Positions 51,285-61,590 of a stretch of DNA of 64,000 nucleotides are shown here, in pieces. This stretch comes from Giardia intestinalis. Taxonomy: Eukaryota. The translations under genes and the position numbers were made by a program. The DNA lies in NCBI GenBank assembly GCA_000002435.2, contig CM018793.1, one strand, 5' to 3'. The notes beneath the pieces are model-generated. The model saw only the letters and a list, made by a program, of their open reading frames with translations. It had not been told where the DNA came from and did no database searches. The first letter of the stretch is position 1. The number at the start of each line of letters is the position of its first letter.

Positions 51285-52877
51285 TTATGCAAAGATAACT
51301 CTATTCTCATCTGTTGGACGGATCGTAGATAACCTGCTCAGCTGGACTTTAAACTCGTCCATTAAGCCAAGCCTCTCTATATAAAGTTCAAACAGGTTCT
51401 TGTGCTCATAAGATGCGCGCTCTATTAGCCCGTCTAGTAATAGATTCAGCAGCTTAAGCAACTCAGTGGGGCTCGAAGACAAGCGGGTCTCGTCCTTGGA
51501 CTCATGCTTTCTGCTAGCAACAAGTGCGCTTATCAAGATCTCTGCAAAGAGGTTAGAGCCACAGAATGCTTGATCACAGTTGTTACAGAACTCCGGTAAG
51601 AGAAACCCGTTTTCGTCGGAAAAGTAGCCTAAAATGTCGTAAAGGATTGCTCTGCATGTCTCCAGCTCACATATGAAGCGCTCGCGAATTTCCTTTATCT
51701 CATTGTTGGTGATGCTTTGTTGTTTGAGCTGGGTCTCTAGACATTGCTCCACCCCCTTAACCTTATATGTGTGGACAGTAGTGGTTGTAAGGAGGTGCTT
51801 AATCTGAAAGAACGTGTTCATAAAGTACGACTGAGCATCATCCTTTATGTTCATCATACTATCTAGTAGTAAAATTATGTGATTGATCAATGTCTGAAGC
51901 ACAATATTGGGTCCAATATTGAATGCTCTGCAGATGGATAGAGCTTCTTCTATGTCGCCTCGCCGAGCCAGGCAGTCAAGGAGCTCTGTGACAGAAAGCT
52001 GAAGCACTTGTGAGGGCCTGCAGCAGCACGACGCCTGATTAACGGAAGCTGCTAGTATAGATATTCCGTCAGACGATATATACCCCCTTCTGCTTGGAGT
52101 CGACAGGTCTGTCATGGCGCTAACCTTCACAAATTCCCGTCTAATCTGCCCAACGGTCCACTCAAACTCGTCCTGTTGAAACAGGTGAAAGTTATCTAGG
52201 ATGACTTCTGCTTCGTGCTTGTTAATATTTGCTGTCTGGACATCTTGTAAAACCGACTTAGCTAGGAAATGCTGGGACTGCTTGGACACTCCCCATTTGG
52301 CTCCCACTATAAAATCGGGCAAGATATTCTTTTTTACGAAGTACGACGCATGCGATAACACCCCAACAATATTCGCAGCTATCGCAAGGGAGCGCTGGGA
52401 CTCTAGTAGCAAATTTCGGATCTCGTCCTCGAGTTGGCTGTTGGCCTTTTCGCCGTCGAATATGTCAGTATCACTTGTTAAAATAATTGCCTGCTCAAGA
52501 CAAAGAGATGCTAGACGCATCATCGCCCCGGAAGCATATTGGTAAGCTCCTTGCTTGAAGAAAAATGAAAAAGCAAGCTTGTAGGCCATTGGCTCTATGG
52601 TTTGCTTGTTCTTCTCAGCACGAATCATAATATAATTATGCACCACGGAGCTCAAAGGCCCCCATGTGCTATCAACTACAAATTTATACAGACGATTAGC
52701 GAGTGCGTAATCCAAAAGGCTGTAGACGTCCTTTATTATTCGTGGTGTAATGTTGCCATTTTCATGACGAAGTGTAGTAAGAACGCCGGCAAACCGGTCG
52801 AAAATCTCCACTTCCATTTTTGATTTTATGTCAGATGACTTCTGATGCCGCAGATATGAAATGGGAGGACTTTCCAT
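51285..52877 (-). CDS. Hypothetical protein, 530 aa
   Basis: It is a long ORF whose first ATG is at 52877, and the track start at 52880 is GTG. It is divergent from IscU across 110 bp. Confidence 0.5.
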   Translation of the reverse strand: MESPPISYLRHQKSSDIKSKMEVEIFDRFAGVLTTLRHENGNITPRIIKDVYSLLDYALANRLYKFVVDSTWGPLSSVVHNYIMIRAEKNKQTIEPMAYKLAFSFFFKQGAYQYASGAMMRLASLCLEQAIILTSDTDIFDGEKANSQLEDEIRNLLLESQRSLAIAANIVGVLSHASYFVKKNILPDFIVGAKWGVSKQSQHFLAKSVLQDVQTANINKHEAEVILDNFHLFQQDEFEWTVGQIRREFVKVSAMTDLSTPSRRGYISSDGISILAASVNQASCCCRPSQVLQLSVTELLDCLARRGDIEEALSICRAFNIGPNIVLQTLINHIILLLDSMMNIKDDAQSYFMNTFFQIKHLLTTTTVHTYKVKGVEQCLETQLKQQSITNNEIKEIRERFICELETCRAILYDILGYFSDENGFLLPEFCNNCDQAFCGSNLFAEILISALVASRKHESKDETRLSSSPTELLKLLNLLLDGLIERASYEHKNLFELYIERLGLMDEFKVQLSRLSTIRPTDENRVIFA

Positions 52878-52987
52878 CACTGGTATGGTCAGATTACAGT
52901 CAGGAATACGTTCAGGCGTTTACACGGAATGGTGCTTACCCGACCTCAAACTCGTGGTTCATAACATCAGCCATAAATTCTAATTTA

Positions 52988-53473
52988 ATGACAAGCCTTC
53001 AGCTCTCTAGCACTTCCCTTTTGCAGTCTGTTGCACGCTTCCTCACAAAGAAGACCAGTTCAGACGAGGTTTATTCTGAGCTAGCCATGCAGCATTACCG
53101 CACGCCGGTTAACATAGGGACCCTTGATGACGATGACGAACATGTCGGCTCCGGTCTAGTCGGCGCGCCTGCCTGTGGTGATGTTATGCGCCTTCAGATC
53201 AAGGTCGGGGACGATGGTAAGATTTCGGAAGCCAAGTTCAAGACATTTGGATGTGGCGCAGCTATCGCGTCTTCGAGCTACGCCACCTCTCTTCTCCAAG
53301 GCAAGAGTTTGGAAGAGGCCTCTCAGATCAAGAATACCGATATAAGTGATAAGCTCGGTCTCCCTCCTGTCAAGCTACACTGCAGCGTTCTGGCGGAGGA
53401 CGCCATCAGACAAGCTATAGACGACTACAAGAGAAAGCGGGGAAGCAAGATACAGGTATCAAAGTCTTCTTGA
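52988..53473 (+). CDS. IscU: Iron-sulfur cluster assembly scaffold IscU (mitosomal type), 161 aa including N-terminal presequence
   Basis: VGSGLVGAPACGDVMRLQIKVGDDGKISEAKFKTFGCGAAIASSSYATSLLQGKSLEEASQIKNTDISDKLGLPPVKLHCSVLAEDAI is collinear with human ISCU, including the three Cys ligands and the LPPVKLHCSMLAEDAI helix. The start ATG at 52988 has a ctaatttaATG initiator and precedes a Ser/Leu/Arg-rich presequence MTSLQLSSTSLLQSVARFL. The track ORF start at 52820 is an upstream extension. Confidence 0.85.
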   Translation: MTSLQLSSTSLLQSVARFLTKKTSSDEVYSELAMQHYRTPVNIGTLDDDDEHVGSGLVGAPACGDVMRLQIKVGDDGKISEAKFKTFGCGAAIASSSYATSLLQGKSLEEASQIKNTDISDKLGLPPVKLHCSVLAEDAIRQAIDDYKRKRGSKIQVSKSS

Positions 53474-53690
53474 TACTGCTGCCTCCTGCTCATCCATCCT
53501 TTGAGTCCATCCCTTATGTCTTCGCACTCGGCTTTCAACCGGGGCGCCTCTTTGAAGAGCGGTCAAGAGCAGGAGCAAGCCTCAATCTGTGCTAAGTGTA
53601 AACAACTTTACCCTTTGCTCCTACCTTTGCTGGCGAGACTACTGTTTACTGATATGTTTTGGCGCGTGGGCAGACACTCGCCACTTATAT

Positions 53691-55262
53691 CTATGACACA
53701 CTCCCGAGCAGATCAACAATCTTCGCATTTATATCTTTTCTTTTCTTCAGTATGTCTGCGTGTGCTCTCAAGTGAGTGGTAAGTTCTACCTTATCATAAC
53801 CAATTCGGCCAAAAACGAACTTGGATATTTCTGTCTCAGAGTTCGCTTTATCAGAGCTATAGAAACGTACGAGCTCGTCGCGGACAGCATTTTCCAAACC
53901 GTAAGAGTTGATGCGGTTGTATACCTCTATTTGCTCAGTGGAAAGGAGGGCATCCTGAGCAAGGAGCTGCTCAAGCTCTTGCTGGCAGATAGCCGTTTCT
54001 GGTCGCGTAGATGAAGACTCGACCATCTCGTTATTCTCCCCGTCGTTGTCGAAGTCCTCCATATAGACAGGTTCTTGGGCACGAGAGGAGATGCTGTGTG
54101 CTTGGGGAGCGGGTGTGTTCTCGGAGCGAGCCTTGGGCTTCTTGCACTGGGGCTTGACCTCTGAGTCAGAGTTCATCTTCACCGAGGCTTGTGCACTCCC
54201 GCGTCCGCGGATGCTGGACTTTGCAGATGCATCTGTAACATCAACTATATCCGTTGTCACCTGAGCATCCGGCACCTTAGATGATATGTTTGTGGCACTG
54301 CCGCTAGAGGTCAGCTTTCCGCGGCTCGCTGCCTTCTTCTGGACAGCCTTGGTAAAGCTCTCTTCGGCCTTTTGTATGGATAACTCGATGTCCTTGGGGG
54401 TTTTAAGATTGAAGAACTTCAACTTGTCTTTAACAATCGGGAGAGCTAAAAGCGTAAAAACATCAGGCCTTCCTGTGGCGTTCATGCGTAGACACCAGTA
54501 GACCAGGTCTCTTAGTGCTTGGCTATAGCAGTCGTCCGGCAGGTCTTCATACTTCCCCTTTAGAATCTTGACGATTAACGAGGCCTGGTTCTTTGCCAGA
54601 AATGGGTGCTTCCCCATGTTCATCAACTCATAGAAAGTAACACCTAATGCCCAGATATCACTCTTTTGGTTATATTTCTCACTTCGACAGATCTCCGGGC
54701 TAAGATAGTACGGAGAGCCAACTAAGGTTTGGGCGAGTCCTTGCGTCTCCTGAAGCTCCTTAGATACGCCCATATCCCCCAACTTTACCAGATATTTTGT
54801 GTAGGGTTTGTCCTTCATGGGCTCGCTGTTCTCTGCAAGAAAGATGTTTAAGGACTTAATATCGCGGTGAATGATCTTCAGAGCATGGATAGAGGCCACT
54901 CCAAGAAGTATTTGACAAATATAGTACCAGCATTCTTCTTCCGTAAAGCGTGTCTTGGTGCTGGTGATCAGATTTCGAAGGGTTCCGCTTCCACAGTACT
55001 CCATGACCATCCAGAGGGTCTCTGTCTCGGACTCGACGAAGGAGTCAAAGTAGCGGACTACGTAGTCACTGTCAATGCGGGCCAAAATGTGGCATTCGCT
55101 GACTGCGGACTCTATCTCCTTCTTCGTGGCTCCAGCCAGACGTATTTCCTTAAGGACATAAACCCTGCTATCGAGCTTTCTCTTGCATTTGTATACCACT
55201 CCATATGATCCCTTGCCAATTTGTCCGAGGATCTCAAAGTCACTGAGGGTGCTATGGGACAT
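53691..55262 (-). CDS. NEK (NIMA-related) Ser/Thr protein kinase, 523 aa
   Basis: It has FEILGQIGKGSYGVVYKCKR, IIHRDIKSLNIFL, LGDMGVS and GSPYYLSPEI. The initiator context is aacattcaaaaaATG on the minus strand. Confidence 0.8.
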   Translation of the reverse strand: MSHSTLSDFEILGQIGKGSYGVVYKCKRKLDSRVYVLKEIRLAGATKKEIESAVSECHILARIDSDYVVRYFDSFVESETETLWMVMEYCGSGTLRNLITSTKTRFTEEECWYYICQILLGVASIHALKIIHRDIKSLNIFLAENSEPMKDKPYTKYLVKLGDMGVSKELQETQGLAQTLVGSPYYLSPEICRSEKYNQKSDIWALGVTFYELMNMGKHPFLAKNQASLIVKILKGKYEDLPDDCYSQALRDLVYWCLRMNATGRPDVFTLLALPIVKDKLKFFNLKTPKDIELSIQKAEESFTKAVQKKAASRGKLTSSGSATNISSKVPDAQVTTDIVDVTDASAKSSIRGRGSAQASVKMNSDSEVKPQCKKPKARSENTPAPQAHSISSRAQEPVYMEDFDNDGENNEMVESSSTRPETAICQQELEQLLAQDALLSTEQIEVYNRINSYGLENAVRDELVRFYSSDKANSETEISKFVFGRIGYDKVELTTHLRAHADILKKRKDINAKIVDLLGSVS

Positions 55263-55470
55263 TTTTTGAATGTTGGGCCAAAACCATAAAGCAGGCCTTT
55301 AAGCATAAAGCCTGAGTCCACATCGGCACACCGAAGGTTGAAAGACGCTCTTATTTACTGCCGTTAATGAATAAATCTGTTGATGAGAAATCTGCTGATA
55401 AGAAGTATAGGGGATTGAGGTGTGAAGGAGTTAGAAAGCCTCCCGGCTCAAGTGAACTTCTTCATCTTCC

Positions 55471-56466
55471 TTACACGTGGAGGATTTGCACCTCATCATC
55501 CACGGTCAAAGCAACCCAATCATGATTTGATTGATTCCAATCTACGGAGTTGATTGGCCCCAGGGGCTCTCCAGATGCCGAAGTCGCCACATACTCCATG
55601 AACGGAGTGTAGGTTCCGGAGCCTCCGTCCCAAATGAGGGCTCTGCCGTCGTTTGCAACACTGACGAAGTAGCCCCCGTGTGAGTCTCGACCCCAACTTA
55701 TTCCATTGATATAGTCTGTGTGACCTTTAAGGCGAGCTAGTGGTTTAACTGTACTCCGAGCATCCAGAAGAATAATATCTGTGCTCTTCTCGCCAAAACA
55801 TGTAATAAAGTTGCTATCGGTTGGTTTGAACTGAGCCCTCAAAATAGCTTCATTACCAGTATAAATTTCATTGGCCACATGCATCCTTCTTCTGTCATAT
55901 AATCTCAGGTTTCCCTCTGCCCCGCATGTAAGAAACCTATTGGGGTCCTTTAATGAAAAGCAGCAGTCAGTGACCGCCCTCTCCTGTGCCACGAAGCGTA
56001 TATCCACTTCCTGTTTGTATATGTCCCACAAGGAAACAGTTGTGTCTAGATTTGCAGTCATTATTATATTAAGCGAGTGTGCACACCAATCCATGGACAG
56101 TATGGGCACGGGCCGCGTCTCATTAACAAGCAACCTGCCGCGAGAACAAAGCTCTGCCCGACCATCGTCCTTTAGATTGTCTATTTCAAAAATTCTAAGG
56201 CTGTCTGATACCGTAGCGATCAGATCAGGATTACTCACATCCTTACTGGGGAGAAACTGTATCTTAGAGAGAGGGTAAACTACCGATGCTGACGCTACCA
56301 CCCTAAAGTCCCGTCTTTCCTTTTGCAAACTAATAATTGAAAACTCATTCGGACACGCATCCGAAATGGTTGATATGGCCAGGCGCATAGGCATATCTGT
56401 CCTACAGGACCACGATAAGCCATATAGAGGCCCGTGTGCAGAGAATGTAAAGCACCTTCCACTCAT
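55471..56466 (-). CDS. WD40-repeat protein of the DCAF7/WDR68/HAN11 type, 331 aa (possible alternative ATG at 56604)
   Basis: It is collinear with human DCAF7: PDLIATVSDSLRIFEID versus PDLLATSGDYLRVWRV. Further matches are MDWCAHSLNIIMTANLDTTVSLWDI versus [25 protein letters not shown] and LKGHTDYINGISWGRDSHGGYFVSVANDGRALIWD versus [34 protein letters not shown]. The track start at 56625 is GTG. Confidence 0.7.
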   Translation of the reverse strand: MSGRCFTFSAHGPLYGLSWSCRTDMPMRLAISTISDACPNEFSIISLQKERRDFRVVASASVVYPLSKIQFLPSKDVSNPDLIATVSDSLRIFEIDNLKDDGRAELCSRGRLLVNETRPVPILSMDWCAHSLNIIMTANLDTTVSLWDIYKQEVDIRFVAQERAVTDCCFSLKDPNRFLTCGAEGNLRLYDRRRMHVANEIYTGNEAILRAQFKPTDSNFITCFGEKSTDIILLDARSTVKPLARLKGHTDYINGISWGRDSHGGYFVSVANDGRALIWDGGSGTYTPFMEYVATSASGEPLGPINSVDWNQSNHDWVALTVDDEVQILHV

Positions 56467-56524
56467 CTGGGGTGCCTGATTTTTTTTAAGCTGGGGACAG
56501 GCATTGAGCACCCTTTCTGAGTGA

Positions 56525-57826
56525 ATGCTTTCAGAACTGGCAGATATCTTTAGTGCGTATAAAGAAGTAGACGAACTCAATAGCATAACAGAGAAGTTTG
56601 GCATACTCGCAGAGCAAGTGGCCACTGCAGGTTTTGGACTTTTCGGAGTGGCTACCCTTCAGGCTATTGCCCAAATCACCATGAAGGTCTTTCATCATCT
56701 TAAGGAAGATGATTCCGAGCGCATGCTCCTCCTTTTGCTCAAGCATGGTCTCCTGACACGAGAAATCCTTATCTATCTTATCTCAAATACTACAACTTCG
56801 CTCACCTCTTTCCTATCTAAGCATATCTCTGACGTACAGCGACTACCACCTCACCAACGGGCCCTTTTACTCAAGTATGCTGCGCTGTCCCACAGATGTG
56901 ATCATCCTCGTCTGGACGAAGACCTCTTCAGAGCCATCAGTCTTCTCTTCATCGGTGGATGCACTGTTGGCCCTCACGCGACTTTGCGAAATCTTTTTCT
57001 AAGTGGGGCGTGTAACCATAAGACGCGCTATGGAGATTGTCTGGGATCTCGACTCATTGATGAGTGTATTGCCGCAGAAACATCTAGAGGTGTGCATTCG
57101 CGCAACATTATACTTAGTTTAACTGAGAACTACTTTCTTGGTACTCATGATAAGCAGGAAAATCGGTCTATACTCGACTCCATATATTTTCTACTAAAGG
57201 ATGCTGATCACGATGGTGTATGGAAGGATATTACCATGTTACCTCCAGTGACCATGTACATAGATCTCAGATCACAAGATAACTTTCATAGACACCTCCA
57301 TCTGCGCTTTATGCAGAATGAGATCAGCATCTATATGTTAGCGTGCGCACTTTCCCATTGTAACGACATTCCAGAAGTAATATCAAATGTATTTTCTAAT
57401 ACATTCACCCTGCTTCCAAGTGATCTCGCCAAATCTGCCGTTATATCGCTTGTAACCAACAGTACTGATGACCTGTTAGAAACTGACTTGAGTACTGCAC
57501 AATCATTGGACAAACTGCTGCTTAATCTGCCAAGTACACTGCAAGGTGAACCAGAGATTAAAAGAATGACGCTACAAAGACCAATTTATCCCACTGACAT
57601 GGCGCCGCTTGAAGATAACAATTCATCGATAGGTAGCATTAACAATCACGTTTTAGAGCAACAAGTCGAAGAAGATTATTCTAGCTTGATTGCGAGTACT
57701 GCAGATGATAGCTTCAAACAGTTCGTCTCTTCCTATCATTATAACTATCTTTTCATAGCAGGAAGCCTTCACGGCCTTGATGAAAACTTCTTTACTGAAG
57801 CCGCTGCCTTCATTTATGCTTCTTAA
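56525..57826 (+). CDS. Hypothetical protein, 433 aa
   Basis: It is an ORF from an ATG, and no domain is recognised. It is divergent from the WD40 gene. Confidence 0.45.
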   Translation: MLSELADIFSAYKEVDELNSITEKFGILAEQVATAGFGLFGVATLQAIAQITMKVFHHLKEDDSERMLLLLLKHGLLTREILIYLISNTTTSLTSFLSKHISDVQRLPPHQRALLLKYAALSHRCDHPRLDEDLFRAISLLFIGGCTVGPHATLRNLFLSGACNHKTRYGDCLGSRLIDECIAAETSRGVHSRNIILSLTENYFLGTHDKQENRSILDSIYFLLKDADHDGVWKDITMLPPVTMYIDLRSQDNFHRHLHLRFMQNEISIYMLACALSHCNDIPEVISNVFSNTFTLLPSDLAKSAVISLVTNSTDDLLETDLSTAQSLDKLLLNLPSTLQGEPEIKRMTLQRPIYPTDMAPLEDNNSSIGSINNHVLEQQVEEDYSSLIASTADDSFKQFVSSYHYNYLFIAGSLHGLDENFFTEAAAFIYAS

Positions 57827-60151
57827 GGAATAGAGGCTTAGCTCTGTATCGGTGGCCTGTTAGATTGCAGATATATTCAGTAGGCTTATACCTTTTCGCT
57901 TCAGAGGCACTGTTGTTGATAACTGGTTATCAGTAAAGTAAATGGGTATGTGTGTGGTAACTGTATGACATAGATGCCTGTCATAGACCTACATGAATGC
58001 CGTCTTGTATCTGGCTGAATGCTCTTTATTGTCTAAGTCGCCTTGTCTGAGCTCTGGAGAAGAAGGACAGTGTTGGTCCATAATAAGGCTTAATAATCTA
58101 GTGGAGCTGTGTGCTCTCATATGTTTTGCAATAAGTCGTGCAGTTTGTGCTCTCCAAGTCCAGTAAGAACAAAGCTTTCGTCCATCATTCTTATAACCTC
58201 TCTATGGTGCGCACGGCGATGACCGCTGTACATGGAGTCAGTGGATTCCACCAGATGCACTTGTAGACTTCACACCTGCAGGAGTCGGAGACTCGGACAG
58301 TCTGTCTCCTCTGTGCTCTGCGGGTTCTCCGGTGTCTTGCAACGCTGCTATCCTGAAAGGTGTCTGGAAGGAGAATCTTCTTGAGCAGCAGGAGCACCAT
58401 GGGGCCACCACTCACAGGCGACAAGCGGCTGCAGTCGGCCCTTCCCTGCGTGTCCCTCGTATGGGCCGCTCCTTATTGCATAACAACGTGTCATGCCGAT
58501 GGGGTGATATCCACTACCCAAACAGGCCGGTAGCGGTCCTGGCTGTCTGAGGCACTGTCCCACTGTGTGTCTTTACCAACGCCGGCCCCACCCATGTGCC
58601 AGCTGCTGCATGGATTCCCTGCTTGATGCGGCCTGCAGGAGGAGTAGAGCCTGTTCTCCTGCTGGGTCACCGCGCATTGCTGGGGGATGCACCGGACAAG
58701 CATCTCGAGTGTCAGACGAACCGGCCGGGGCAGGCACCCGCTCGATAACCTGCCCAGTACGGGCACTGGCCTGTCCTGCCACACAGTCACTCGGGCGGAG
58801 TCTCCGTCACTTCCTGACATTGATCCGTTGAGGGCGAGCCGCATGACCGACAGGAGCAATCGTGCAGCTGGGTCCCGCTGTGCCATCGCTCACGCTTGAT
58901 GAGCTACGTGGCCAACGGGAGACGTGCTGGCAAGGGATTTCCTGGTCTCACCGTGAGTCAGGTCGCTGTCGCCCTTGTTACCTCTACAGCAGCAAGGCAG
59001 GTGCTGGGGATGTTCGTGACCTCAGGCTTGCCAATATCGTCGCGTCCCTGACCTCGGCCTCTGCAGGGGCGTCCTGTAACGGTGTGAGTGAGACCTCCAC
59101 GCACTGTAGCTCCCCGCATAGGGTAGCCCCCCAAAGGTGCACCAGGGCCACTAGCTGCTGCCCAAGGATGTCAGACGGCCACTAGGGGTCTGCTCAGGGA
59201 GCCGCAAGGCAGCACCAGCAGACTGCTCCCAACGGTGGTGCTCTTTACGCTATCGAGACGGAGGCGCCGTTCTTTGTCCTTTGCCTCTGCTGCTGTGTTA
59301 GGGCTTGATCTACCGGGCCTGGCAGGAATAGCGGTACCAGAGGGTGCTACCATAGCAGGCGTCCCGGTGCGTCTTCCGGCAGGATGGATTGCCATACAAT
59401 GGAGAGTGCGATGAAAACCTTGCTGCTTACGGGAAACCAGTTCGGACCGCCTGCGTCTTGGTGTGGCCGTGCTGCCCAGCTGGATCAAGGCAGTCGTCTC
59501 ACTGAAACCCGTCACCTTCACGGGCAGCTTTGACCTCTTTCGTCTTCATGGGAGCAGCTCCCCTGTTCTTATCTACGCGCCATCCTTGTGTATCATAAGC
59601 GCCTCTTTTGCCTCTGGCTGTCCTGCACCACCGCCACATCAACAAGGCGCCTTTGTATGCACTTCGTCCGGCTATAGTAGCATCTCTGGCCATCTTCTAC
59701 CCTTTTGAAAAGAAACGGCAGATTTACTCATGGGCCGCAGAGCAGTCCAAAAGTCAGTGTGACAGCGACACCAGGTGCACTGCTCCCAAGGAGAGACACC
59801 GCCTCAAACCAGCCCTATTGTGTCTGTTTCCCCTCTCCTCCTGCGTACTGCGCCCATGAGGACGCCCGGCTGTGACTAGCATGCCCGTCGCTTCATGTTT
59901 CAGTGGCTGTGCAGTGCTGCTCGTACGAGTATCACGGCTCTGTCCGTACTGGCTGGGCCGTACTGCCCTCGCTATCAACTAGATTCTCCTCGGGATCAAA
60001 GGGAGGCGGCGATCATCAGGTAGTCCAGCCGTTCTTGTCCTGGAGGCCCCTCTCCTCCCCAACAAGCAACTCGACGGGACTGACGTGCCCCTGTGCGGCA
60101 CGCTGGCCAACGCCGAGTTTTTCTTCAAGCAGCATCCAGACGGTCTCAGTG
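57827..60151. other. 2.3-kb GC-rich ORF-poor block (no ORF above about 130 codons in any frame)
   Basis: Only short mutually overlapping ORFs with low-complexity translations occur here, and the composition is similar to the ORF-poor blocks inside the palindrome arms. Confidence 0.4.
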
Positions 60152-61282
60152 CTATTTGTGTGCAGCACGCATCAGCCTGGGCAGCAAAAAGAGGCTGGAC
60201 TGAGGGTCAGCCGTGTTCATCCTGTCACCGAACTGTGCAAGCCTATTCTCCAGTGCTTTAATCATAGCTAGATGTTCCTTACTTTGGTCTTCAAGCGCGT
60301 CGATCTTAGTAGATTTAGTCTTAACATCCTCTTCCAGCAGCGCGATCCTGGCGTTAGCGCCATTCAGCGCAGCCTCCAAGGATCCGCACTTATACTTCAG
60401 CATCACGCACTGACCTCCCAACTCACTAACTGGGATGTCTGCTGTGGTGAGCGTCTCGTGCAGCTCCCTGGCTGTCAGTCTTTCCTCTGGCTCCAGCACG
60501 AATATCCTCTCCAGAACACTCTTTATGAAGCCATCAGTGACACCGCTCAGATCGGGCCTCCACCCGTCGATGAAGACGTCTTTTGGGTCTTTACCTTTCA
60601 GGAAGTCCGGCCTCTTCAAAGTAGTAAGCTCGTAGACGATGACCTCGAGGCTCCACACGTCGGAGGCGGGGCTGGCCTCGTTGTGGAGGAGCACCTCGGG
60701 GGCAACGTATGCCATTATTCCTATGAGAGTGCTCCCACTCCACAATGTGTTCCTGCAGAGGCCGAAGTCGGCGATGACGAAGCGCTCTCCGTCTGCGCTG
60801 ATAAGGACATTGGCAGGCCTGAGATCACAGTGGACGAGGCCTCTAGTGTTTGCTCCATTGACGCTGTGGAGGTAGGCGAGGGCGGCAGCGAGCTGTTTCA
60901 TGACGGAGAGGATCGTAGCGATAGGGATGGGGATCTTCCTTTGTTTGTGCTCGGCGAGGAGGTGCTCGAGGGTACTGTCGTGCCGGTCCGTGACGACGTA
61001 GATGAGGCCTTCGTCCTCGACCACTTGATGGTGCTTGAGGACTCCTGGGTGGGAGAGCTCGGGAAGGGTGGCCAGCTCTAGTTTGATGGTGTCCACGTCA
61101 TCCTTGTCCAGGCCGTCGATGAGGATCTCCTGCACAGCGAGGTCCGGAAAGTCCTTGAGGGAGTAGACTGTCACCATAGTGCTTTCATTAAGCACATCAC
61201 CTAACCGCTCGTGGAGCTCCTTGGAGGTGAACGGTGGGACACTGAGAGTCACCGTTGCAGATCCAGACGAGGCGGCGTACAT
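60152..61282 (-). CDS. Protein kinase-like protein (NEK-type catalytic core, no canonical glycine loop) with C-terminal coiled coil, 376 aa
   Basis: It has GLVHCDLRPANVLI, IADFGL and YVAPEV, followed by a heptad-rich tail. The context is aaaaccaagATG on the minus strand. Confidence 0.65.
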   Translation of the reverse strand: MYAASSGSATVTLSVPPFTSKELHERLGDVLNESTMVTVYSLKDFPDLAVQEILIDGLDKDDVDTIKLELATLPELSHPGVLKHHQVVEDEGLIYVVTDRHDSTLEHLLAEHKQRKIPIPIATILSVMKQLAAALAYLHSVNGANTRGLVHCDLRPANVLISADGERFVIADFGLCRNTLWSGSTLIGIMAYVAPEVLLHNEASPASDVWSLEVIVYELTTLKRPDFLKGKDPKDVFIDGWRPDLSGVTDGFIKSVLERIFVLEPEERLTARELHETLTTADIPVSELGGQCVMLKYKCGSLEAALNGANARIALLEEDVKTKSTKIDALEDQSKEHLAMIKALENRLAQFGDRMNTADPQSSLFLLPRLMRAAHK

Positions 61283-61590
61283 CTTGGTTTTATTTTGGTA
61301 ATCTACCGTTTTGGAAACGATCCGTTTCCACAGGGGTTTGTGTCTACGGATCTGTAGTGACCACTGCTTGCGGAGGACTACTGCATCAGGGGCGAGAAGG
61401 CCACCTGTGCGACTGTTTCACCCATCGGCGTTCCAGTGCTGACTGGGGGCAAGGAGACCTGCTCCCCCTGGCCTCTGCGGAAACGGGTGGTTGTGTGCCC
61501 CACTGACAGCCATCACTTCACCCTAGTGGCTGACCATCCCTTTCCAGAGCTGGAGGGAAATTCTAGTCTACCGTTAGACGTAATCAACAG

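Noticed and set aside
56467-56625. The longer form of the WD40/DCAF7-like gene starts at 56625 or 56604 and overlaps the divergent gene 56525..57826.
   Set aside because: The start at 56625 is GTG. Homology to DCAF7 begins just after the ATG at 56466. The ATG at 56604 cannot be excluded, and it would create an 80-nt divergent overlap, which is noted rather than asserted.
60272-61081. The 269-aa plus-strand ORF lying antisense inside the kinase-like gene 60152..61282 was considered as a gene.
   Set aside because: It is a typical shadow ORF opposite a GC3-rich gene. Its translation is Asp/Glu/Val/Gly-rich without motifs, and the sense-strand product has clear kinase motifs.
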